Assembly (NCBI GenBank): GCA_048938855.1
Contig: JBHLLT010000047.1
Coordinates: 1 to 14,783 of the forward strand
Reading direction: 5' to 3'
DNA from: Promethearchaeota archaeon
GTDB lineage: Archaea; Asgardarchaeota; Lokiarchaeia; Sigyniarchaeales; SOKP01
Length of the DNA stretch: 14,783 bases
The position numbers were made by a program, and so were the translations under genes. Of this stretch, positions 8,146 to 14,783 are shown piece after piece; position 1 is the first letter of the stretch, and each line of letters starts with the position of its first letter. Under the pieces are notes generated by a model, which saw only the letters and a program-made list of their open reading frames with translations, ran no database searches and was not told the origin of the DNA.

Positions 8146-8275
8146 TTCTAACTCTACCAGATAATTAAACCCATCTTAATATTTAAATCTATATGTCTGG
8201 AGAGTTTTGAGAAAGAAATAAAGTGAGAAGAGATGGAATATAATCTCAACCAAATTTTCTATTTTTTTTTTTTTT
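8146..8275. other. Inverted repeat around a TATA box, carrying an R1-like motif (element R3)
   Basis: AACTCT-a-CCAGA (8150-8161) is complementary to TCTGGAGAGTT (8196-8206); TATTTAAA (8180-8187) lies between; 8192-8214 matches 1128-1150 at 19/23; T14 at 8262-8275. Confidence 0.45.
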
Positions 8276-8302
8276 AATATATTAGGTTATGTCAGAGAAG
8301 TT

Positions 8303-9208
8303 TTATCTCTTACGTCGTTTATATATAATGAATATGGTTATTGCAATAGCTGTAGTAGCAACAATTGTTACAGATGTCCCAAGATCCATGAGACTTGCAC
8401 CAGAAGCTAAATAAAGCCAAAGTGAGACCTTTAATAATAAATTCCATTCAGAATCTGGATCATAAAGATTATCAAAAGCTGAAGTTCCGTCTCTATTACT
8501 ATCTTCTTCATATTCAGGGTGGGGGAAACTAAGAAATACGGTACCAGATCCATATCTGAAAGTAATCATACCGGGTTGATTATTATACTGATATGTCATG
8601 ATAGGATTAATATTGGACATGCCTGCAGAATGGTAATATTGTGATGACCAATAAAGTAAATGATATGTAGCCGGTTCTCCTGAAAGATCTGGTCCATTTG
8701 ATATTTTATTGACATTCATCTCAATTATATAAGTACCATCCAGCATCGCTGGAGTAGTAGGCAGAAATTCACCCTGAATAAGATTTAATCCATCAGTACC
8801 AAATAAAGCACCACCACAGATGCCGAAATATGAACCACCATTCCTAAGAAAATTCCTAACAATCCCTATACCTTCATCCCCTAAAAGTGCTTGATACAAA
8901 TATGTATTTCCTCCTGGAAAAGCTAATATATCATAACCAGATAAATTACCATTGAGTATATCATGCGAATCTATACTATTTACAGTAGCATTCATCCACT
9001 CAAACATTGCTACTAAAGCATCATAACTACTTACTAACGCACCGCTACCATTATATACTGCGACTTTAGCACCCGATAAGTCATTGGGTGGTTGCGAAAC
9101 TCCATATCTTATACTATGCATATTGATTGTTACGAATAAAATAAATAGGGTAAACAAAAACATCTTCATTGATCGCGATTTTTTATGTTTAAAAAGATGA
9201 TTTCTCAT
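8303..9208 (-). CDS. BPL_N-like (class I glutamine amidotransferase fold) protein, exported and C-terminally anchored
   Basis: VAVYNGSGA, LAFPGG, FLRNGGSYFGICGGA (nucleophile Cys) and HPE motifs; N-terminal hydrophobic segment; C-terminal TM helix followed by KRRKR. Confidence 0.85.
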   Translation of the reverse strand: MRNHLFKHKKSRSMKMFLFTLFILFVTINMHSIRYGVSQPPNDLSGAKVAVYNGSGALVSSYDALVAMFEWMNATVNSIDSHDILNGNLSGYDILAFPGGNTYLYQALLGDEGIGIVRNFLRNGGSYFGICGGALFGTDGLNLIQGEFLPTTPAMLDGTYIIEMNVNKISNGPDLSGEPATYHLLYWSSQYYHSAGMSNINPIMTYQYNNQPGMITFRYGSGTVFLSFPHPEYEEDSNRDGTSAFDNLYDPDSEWNLLLKVSLWLYLASGASLMDLGTSVTIVATTAIAITIFIIYKRRKR

Positions 9209-9339
9209 ATTCTTTACACTAATTTACATCAATTTTATGTAGATAATTAAAATTGAACTGCTTAAAAATTAATTTAACTCATTAAGTTATTGTGCTTGAT
9301 ATTATGACTGATGAAGATATTTTGACTAATAATGAATTG

Positions 9340-9492
9340 ATATAAGTGAGGTGTCAAACACTATTACTGTGGACTTTTTTGCTACTTAAATGGCCCATCC
9401 ATAATGTGGGGCTTAGTAAGGAATTTGGGGTGTCATTTGAGATAAGAAGTACTGTTGGAGTATGTTCATTAGAAAAATTTTTATTTTCTTTT
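9340..9492 (+). ncRNA. Candidate structured small RNA (element R2)
   Basis: G-rich island between ATATAAGT (9340-9347) and U-tract (9478-9492); hand-folded hairpins at 9345-9368, 9383-9418 and 9446-9467; shares ordered motifs with R1. Confidence 0.4.
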
Positions 9493-9526
9493 TCTATTTT
9501 TCATAAAAGGTAAATTCAGCGTTTGA

Positions 9527-9534
9527 TTTAAATA
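9527..9534 (+). promoter_or_regulatory. Putative TATA box for the ferredoxin-oxidoreductase operon
   Basis: TTTAAATA about 100 nt upstream of the ATG at 9634, downstream of the R2 U-tract. Confidence 0.35.
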
Positions 9535-9633
9535 AAATTTATCAGATGCGTAATCTATCATCGCGTATAAGTTTATTACAAATAAGAGAAGAATTAATAA
9601 CAAGTGGTCATTTACAAGTAGTAAATTATTGAT

Positions 9634-10170
9634 ATGGAAGATGAAAATATTCTGTGGATAAAAAGAATTTATGAAAAATGCAGCGGATGCAGAAGGTGTG
9701 AGATTGCGTGTTCTCTACATCATGAAGGGAAAATTTGGCCGGAAGCTTCAAGGGTTAGGGTTTTCATGTTTGTTCCAGGAGTTGAAATACCTCATCTTTG
9801 CTTTCAATGTAATGATTACCCTTGTGTTGAGGCATGTCCAGAGGAAGCTCTATCAGTAGATGATCATACAGGAGCCGTAATCACTGACAAATCAAAATGT
9901 ACCGCATGTGGAATATGTATTAATGCCTGTCCTGGAAGAATACCACATCTCCATCCTCAAGATGATTATATAGTGATTTGCGATTTATGTGGTGGAAAGC
10001 CGAAATGTACAGCTAGTTGTCAGGAGGGTAAGTGGGATACTTTGATTCTCTTAGGGAGGCAAGATGTAGAAAAGGAAAAAATACCAGCAAAAACCCCTAA
10101 GAAACTCGCATATGAAACTGCTAGAAAAATATTGGGTGAAAAAGCAACTGAAGAGGTGTATGAATGGTGA
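9634..10170 (+). CDS. 4x[4Fe-4S] polyferredoxin, small subunit of WOR5-type oxidoreductase
   Basis: CSGCRRCEIAC, CFQC..YPCVEACP, CTACGICINACP, CDLC..KPKCTASC; HEGKIWPEASRVRV; 7-nt overlap with the downstream oxidoreductase. Confidence 0.93.
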   Translation: MEDENILWIKRIYEKCSGCRRCEIACSLHHEGKIWPEASRVRVFMFVPGVEIPHLCFQCNDYPCVEACPEEALSVDDHTGAVITDKSKCTACGICINACPGRIPHLHPQDDYIVICDLCGGKPKCTASCQEGKWDTLILLGRQDVEKEKIPAKTPKKLAYETARKILGEKATEEVYEW

Positions 10171-12041
10171 ATGGCTATGCAGGAAAGTTTCTAGAAATAG
10201 ATCTGACAACCAAGAAAATTGTAGAATTAACATTTTCAGATAAAATTCTTCAGGAATATATAGGAGGAAGGGGTTTAGGAGTAAAGATATTGTGGGATAG
10301 ACTCGGAAATAATTGGGAGGCGATTGATCCTTTAAGTCCAGAAAATATTTTGCTCATGCTTACTGGCCCTTTTACGGGATATTTTCTTGGTGCTAGAATT
10401 TGCGTAACTGGAAAATCGCCTCAGGGTAATGGAATAATAGGTTCAACCGTTGCGGGAGAGTTTGGTGTGGAATTGAAATGTGCAGGCTATGACGGGATAA
10501 TTTTTACGGGAAAGGCTGAAAAACCGAGTTACATATTTATTTGTGACAATTACGTAGAGATTAAGGATGCTTCACATATATGGGGAAAAACTAGCAGAGA
10601 ATCCATGCGTTATCTCATAAAGGATTCGATTAATGATATCAAGAAGATTCACCCTAATTATGGAGAATTTAAGGAACCTTCTGTCCTTTATATAGGCCCT
10701 GCTGGAGAAAATAAATCCAGAGTAGCAGTGGTAGAAGCAAAATATGCACATGCTGCTGGTTACGGTGGATATGGTGGCGTAATGGGCTCTAAAAACTTGA
10801 AAGCTGTAGTTGTAAAAGGTTTTGGTCCCTTACCAGATGTGGTTGATCAGGATAAAATGCTCGAGTTATCGCAGGAATTTTCAGATAATTGTTTTACGAT
10901 AGAATTTTTTAGACGTTGGGGTACAGGATCAGGAGGATATACATTTGGTGCTGATTCAAGTTCAGAACCCGTTAGAAATTGGCAAGAAGAATGGCATAAT
11001 GAGAAAAGTTATAAAGGCACAGAATTCGATAAACTTTGGGTAAAGAAATACTGGGGAGATTACGGTTGTCCAGTTACATGCCTAAAGTTGGCGGTGTTGA
11101 AAGATGGAAAATACGCTGGAGCAATCTGTGATAATCCTGATTATGAGCTTGAAGCATTCTTAGGGACAAATTTGGGTATTTTTTCACCAGAACAAAACAT
11201 TTACTTATCATATATAATAGAAGAATTAGGGTTTTGTGGTATTCAAGGTGGTGCAGTTTTGGGTTTTACTGGAGAATTATTTCAAAGAGGTATTCTTTCA
11301 AAAGAAGATTTAGGAGGAATTAATCTTGAATGGGGAAATGTGGACGCGTTTGCAGAATTGGCAAGAAAAATCGCGTTTAGAGAAGGAATTGGGGATATAT
11401 TAGCAGAAGGTATATATCGGGCGGCTTTGAAACTTGAAAAAATGAAAAAAACAAATGTTCTCAAATATGCAATTCATCTTAAAGGTATGGCAATAGGAGC
11501 TCACGGTCTTAAAAGTGGCAAAGATATGGTTACACAAACTCCGATTGGATATAGTGTATCAGTTCAAGCAGGAGACCATACATCATCAGCTGCTCTTCCA
11601 ATTGATGGAGATGGAAGCGAATTGTACTCAATTCTAAGCGATTCTGGGGTATATTGTTTCTTTACCACCTTTACTCTCGATTTTGATCAAATTGCAAGTT
11701 TCTATCAAGCAGTTACAGGTTGGGAATTACTAAAAGAAAGTTGGTTTGGTAAAAAAGGTTTAAAAATTTTACAATTACAGAGAACGGTGTCATTGTTAGG
11801 AGGACCGGATGCTGAATGGAGATCGAAGCAAGAAGATACGCTACCGTCTAGATTTTGGGAACCCTTGCCATCGGGACCTTATAAAGGGGAATCAATAGAT
11901 AAAAACACATTCGAGAAATTAAAATCAGAATATTACACAGCAGTGGGGTGGAACAATGAAGGTGTACCCACTTCTGAAACATTACAAAAGCTAGATTTAA
12001 AGGACGTTGAATTGAAGCTTAAAAAAGAGGGTTTGCTATAA
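10164..12041 (+). CDS. wor5: Tungsten-containing aldehyde:ferredoxin oxidoreductase family enzyme, WOR5 clade large subunit
   Basis: AOR-family motifs YIGGRGLG, KSP, LKCAGYDGI, IGPAGEN, VMGSKNLKAV, PDYE, EYY..VGW...GVPT.ETL.KL. Variants HAAGYGGYG, SSEPVRNWQEE, KKYWGDYGCPV and SVQAGDHTS match Pyrococcus WOR5 as I recall it (family certain, clade from memory). Confidence 0.9.
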   Translation: MVNGYAGKFLEIDLTTKKIVELTFSDKILQEYIGGRGLGVKILWDRLGNNWEAIDPLSPENILLMLTGPFTGYFLGARICVTGKSPQGNGIIGSTVAGEFGVELKCAGYDGIIFTGKAEKPSYIFICDNYVEIKDASHIWGKTSRESMRYLIKDSINDIKKIHPNYGEFKEPSVLYIGPAGENKSRVAVVEAKYAHAAGYGGYGGVMGSKNLKAVVVKGFGPLPDVVDQDKMLELSQEFSDNCFTIEFFRRWGTGSGGYTFGADSSSEPVRNWQEEWHNEKSYKGTEFDKLWVKKYWGDYGCPVTCLKLAVLKDGKYAGAICDNPDYELEAFLGTNLGIFSPEQNIYLSYIIEELGFCGIQGGAVLGFTGELFQRGILSKEDLGGINLEWGNVDAFAELARKIAFREGIGDILAEGIYRAALKLEKMKKTNVLKYAIHLKGMAIGAHGLKSGKDMVTQTPIGYSVSVQAGDHTSSAALPIDGDGSELYSILSDSGVYCFFTTFTLDFDQIASFYQAVTGWELLKESWFGKKGLKILQLQRTVSLLGGPDAEWRSKQEDTLPSRFWEPLPSGPYKGESIDKNTFEKLKSEYYTAVGWNNEGVPTSETLQKLDLKDVELKLKKEGLL

Positions 12042-12135
12042 TTTCAAAGATAAATTCATAGTATGATTTTAATGAAATTTTAGAGAACAATTTCAATCAA
12101 TAAAAATATACTCACAGTCCTTTTTTCTATTAGCT

Positions 12136-13011
12136 TCATAAATATTCTAGCGTATCAGAAAAAATACTCTTCCTTATTCTTTTCCCCGTTTTAGTTGCTG
12201 CTATTCCACCTTTCCCCGTCTCTTTTAATTCATATGGCAATTTACGACCAACTTTCATCATAGCATCCACAACTTCATCAGCTGGGATAATAGATGTAAC
12301 TCCTGATAATGCCATTTCAGCAGTTAAAAAAGCGTTAATCACACCTATAGCATTCCTTTTAATACATGGTGAAATTACCAATCCAGCAACAGGATCACAA
12401 ACAAGTCCTAATAGATTTTTTAATGTTAATGCAATCGCATTGTCGATCTGCATGTGTGTACCCCCAGCCATATAAGTTATAGCCGCCGCCGCCATTGCAG
12501 ATGCAACTCCAATTTCAGCTTGACAACCTCCTTCACTCCCTGAAAGCATTGCGTTATTTCCAATAATTGCTCCTATTGCTGCAGCAACAATTAACGCATT
12601 TAATACATCATCATCCGATTTATTAAGGATTTGTTTAGCTTTAAAAAGAACAGCAGGCAGGGTTCCAGAGGAACCTGCTGTAGGACAAGCAACAATTAAA
12701 CCCATGCCACTATTATATTCACCTATAGCCATTGCCCAGCCCACAGCTTCTTTTAAATTATTTCCACAGAAAATTCCTGGTGAAAGCATTTTTTTTGCCT
12801 GATGGCTTGCTTCTCTGATAGGTAATTCACTATCACTTACAAGTGCTTTTTCGAGAGACTGCTTCATTATAAATAAGGATTTATTGAGTTTTTCGATTAT
12901 AATATCCTTAGGAATATTATGAAATTCCATTTCATCATTTATTATTAATTCATGTAAGGGAATCCCTTTTATTTTAGATTCATTGAGCAGATTAGAAATT
13001 GATTCAAACAT
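12136..13011 (-). CDS. sdaAA: L-serine dehydratase, iron-sulfur dependent, alpha subunit
   Basis: IVACPTAGSSG, SGSEGGCQAEIG, LGLVCDPVAGLV.SPCIKRNA, IPADEVVDAM, LKETGKGGIA; all three cluster Cys present. Confidence 0.96.
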   Translation of the reverse strand: MFESISNLLNESKIKGIPLHELIINDEMEFHNIPKDIIIEKLNKSLFIMKQSLEKALVSDSELPIREASHQAKKMLSPGIFCGNNLKEAVGWAMAIGEYNSGMGLIVACPTAGSSGTLPAVLFKAKQILNKSDDDVLNALIVAAAIGAIIGNNAMLSGSEGGCQAEIGVASAMAAAAITYMAGGTHMQIDNAIALTLKNLLGLVCDPVAGLVISPCIKRNAIGVINAFLTAEMALSGVTSIIPADEVVDAMMKVGRKLPYELKETGKGGIAATKTGKRIRKSIFSDTLEYL

Positions 13012-13669
13012 TAATTACCCTCACCCAAATTATTTCTGGATACCTTTTTAATTCATCGATTAAATCTTCTGGTATCATTCTATCTGCTTCAAGCCATGTT
13101 AAAGCGATCTTTTTTTTTAAATTTCTGGAGATTTTCATCGATCCTATGTTTAGTTTAAACTTTTGAAGTGTAGTTGCTATATTTGCAAGTGCCCCAATCT
13201 TGTCATGATTTAATATTACTAACGTATTTGGTTCCCCCCCAAATCCTGCTTCTAAGCTATCAACTTCTTTGATTATTATATTACCTCCTCCAATCGAAGA
13301 TCCTATTACTTTCATTTTTTCTGATCCATCAAACATCTCTATGCTAACTGAATTTGGATGGTAGTCCCCTCCTAAATCCACAAGTTCAAATGAATAATCA
13401 AGTCCCTCCTTTTCAGCAATTTCAAATGCATTTTTGATCATGTCATCCTCAGGTGTAAATCCAAGTAATCCAGCTATAATTGCGATATCCGTGCCGTGCC
13501 CTTTATATGTTTCTGCAAATGAACCATGAAGTCCTATTTTTACGGTTTTAGGCTTTTTTCCAAATAATAATCTTGCAACATACGCAATTTGACACGCTCC
13601 TGCAGTATGGCTTGAACTTGGTCCGACCATTATATGACCAACTACATCAAAAATAGAAGTATATTTCAT
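13004..13669 (-). CDS. sdaAB: L-serine dehydratase, iron-sulfur dependent, beta subunit (ACT domain)
   Basis: SIFDVVGHIMVGPSSSHTAGA, LHGSFAETYKGHGTD, HPNS, SIGGG, C-terminal ACT; 8-nt overlap with sdaAA. Confidence 0.96.
   Translation of the reverse strand: MKYTSIFDVVGHIMVGPSSSHTAGACQIAYVARLLFGKKPKTVKIGLHGSFAETYKGHGTDIAIIAGLLGFTPEDDMIKNAFEIAEKEGLDYSFELVDLGGDYHPNSVSIEMFDGSEKMKVIGSSIGGGNIIIKEVDSLEAGFGGEPNTLVILNHDKIGALANIATTLQKFKLNIGSMKISRNLKKKIALTWLEADRMIPEDLIDELKRYPEIIWVRVINV
13418..13507. repeat. Source copy of 90-bp duplication (inside sdaAB)
   Basis: 84/90 identical, ungapped, to 14586-14675 (offset 1168). Confidence 0.95.
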
Positions 13670-13691
13670 AACTTATTTCAACCTAATATTA

Positions 13692-13699
13692 TATTTAAA
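13692..13699 (-). promoter_or_regulatory. Putative TATA box of sdaAB-sdaAA (near-leaderless)
   Basis: TTTAAATA on the minus strand ending about 23 nt before the ATG at 13669. Confidence 0.5.
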
Positions 13700-13981
13700 T
13701 ATAAAGAATATTACAACTATAAGATTATACAATTTTAAAATATATAGTCATCGCAATTATGAGTCCAATATTTCGATATTAATAGTTCGACTATAATAGT
13801 ATCACTTTCTTCACTCGTATATATTGAACCACCCATAAAATCTGTCTCTGATGAATCAGAACACTAATTTGTGATTCAAGATATTTTAAATCATTCAAAT
13901 TCTTTTCAAAAGGTTTTAAAATAAAATACATGAACTTCGTTTAAAGAATTGTTAATTATATGAAAAAAGGCATACTTTTAT

Positions 13982-14494
13982 ATGAGTTATTTTAAAAAAA
14001 AATTATGGTTGCTTCCTATTATAGGAAGTATAATTGCTCTCATTTCACTTTTTACCCCAGCAACTTCATTGGATTATTCAGGTAGTTTCTCTATTCAGTG
14101 GATGTTTCAATTAGGTTTGAGAATTGAACCAGTTTTAGAGCTCAGTCTCTGGAGAGGGGTCAGCCCTGAGGTAATACCACTTTTATTTCTTTCTATTACC
14201 TTATCTTTATTAAATTTCGCAAGCAGTATTATCTCAATTTTGTTAACTTTAAAGTATAAGAGAAATTCAATGAGTTATCTAAAATTAAAAAAATATTGGT
14301 TATTGTTTGGAGTGCTTATTGCATTATCAACATTAGCTTGGATTATCATGATGGAAGTGTTTTATAATATAACATGGGGAAACAGTCATTGGCAATTTTA
14401 TTCTCCTAATTTTGGTGTGATAGGTCCCTTTATTGGATCAACTCTTATTATTATTGGATTCTTTCAGGTGAAAAACAACGATGATAGAGAATAA
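13982..14494 (+). CDS. Hypothetical four-TM membrane protein
   Basis: 170 aa with four hydrophobic segments; GSIIALISLFTP and PNFGVIGPFIGS motifs; no recognisable catalytic motif. Confidence 0.75.
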   Translation: MSYFKKKLWLLPIIGSIIALISLFTPATSLDYSGSFSIQWMFQLGLRIEPVLELSLWRGVSPEVIPLLFLSITLSLLNFASSIISILLTLKYKRNSMSYLKLKKYWLLFGVLIALSTLAWIIMMEVFYNITWGNSHWQFYSPNFGVIGPFIGSTLIIIGFFQVKNNDDRE

Positions 14495-14585
14495 AATTAC
14501 ATAAAAATTATAATTAATACAATACCAAATTGGAAGTTGTGCATAATTAATCTACAGTAGATATGGATGGAAATTTAGAGTTAGT

Positions 14586-14675
14586 AATTTCAAATGCATT
14601 TTTGATCATGTCATCTTCAGGTGTAAATCCACGTAATCCAGCAATAATTGTGATATCCGTCTCGTGCCCTTTATA
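14586..14675 (-). pseudogene. Duplicated internal fragment of sdaAB
   Basis: Direct repeat of 13418-13507 with 6 substitutions; minus frame YKGHETDITIIAGLRGFTPEDDMIKNAFEI vs YKGHGTDIAIIAGLLGFTPEDDMIKNAFEI; no in-frame upstream start. Confidence 0.9.
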
Positions 14676-14783
14676 ACTCTCACAGTAGAGAAATTATTGG
14701 ATAATCTAGGAATAACAATTATCGTTTTTTTGTTAACAATCATAATATTTTACTCCCTTGTTATATTTTTAGCAGATAATTTA
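14664..14783 (+). CDS. Possible membrane-protein ORF or remnant running off the window
   Basis: Open frame from GTG 14664 to the window end with hydrophobic LGITIIVFLLTIIIFYSLVIFLA; the start lies inside the sdaAB duplicate. Confidence 0.3.
   Translation, partial: MPFITLTVEKLLDNLGITIIVFLLTIIIFYSLVIFLADNL

Noticed and set aside
9304-9513. 13-aa ORF followed in frame by a 55-aa GTG ORF across R2
   Set aside because: No motif, and it ends in F/S codons from the T-tract; better explained as non-coding.
9546-9583. ModE-like operator upstream of the tungsto-enzyme operon (ATCGCGTATAAG...)
   Set aside because: Only one partial half-site; symmetry and spacing do not fit the ModE consensus.
9671-11464. 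Short ORFs 9671-9859, 10051-10233 and 11282-11464
   Set aside because: Alternate-frame or antisense overlaps of the strongly supported ferredoxin and oxidoreductase genes.
13413-14675. sdaAB duplicate as a DGR template/variable repeat pair
   Set aside because: Only 3 of the 6 core mismatches (5 of 8 with edges) have A in the putative template on the coding strand. There is no reverse transcriptase in the window, and the target is a conserved enzyme segment.

Overview
AT-rich archaeal chromosomal window, most likely Asgard (Lokiarchaeia-like). This rests on a longin-roadblock fusion, an Rpn10/p44-type vWA-zinc finger protein, TTTAAATA TATA boxes and oligo-T terminators. It has 13 credible complete genes: GNAT acetyltransferase, DUF6011-type zinc-finger protein, YhhN-like membrane protein, vWA+C4HC3 finger protein, anchored Ig-like protein, aldo/keto reductase, longin-roadblock protein, anchored BPL_N/GATase1 hydrolase, a WOR5-type tungsto-oxidoreductase pair, split Fe-S serine dehydratase (sdaAB-sdaAA) and a 4-TM protein. 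No transposase, CRISPR array, tRNA or rRNA was seen. The most unusual signals are intergenic. (i) Two G-rich, hairpin-forming + strand islands (about 1000-1197 and 9340-9492) share ordered motifs between ATATAAGT and an identical 15-nt U-tract, with a partial third copy near 8146-8275; this is a candidate undescribed sRNA family. (ii) A 90-bp, 93%-identical copy of an internal sdaAB segment at 14586-14675 is bracketed by an inverted repeat and would be antisense to sdaAB if read through from the upstream gene. (iii) Several decayed gene remnants are present. All alignments and folds were done by hand and family calls come from motif recognition, not database searches.
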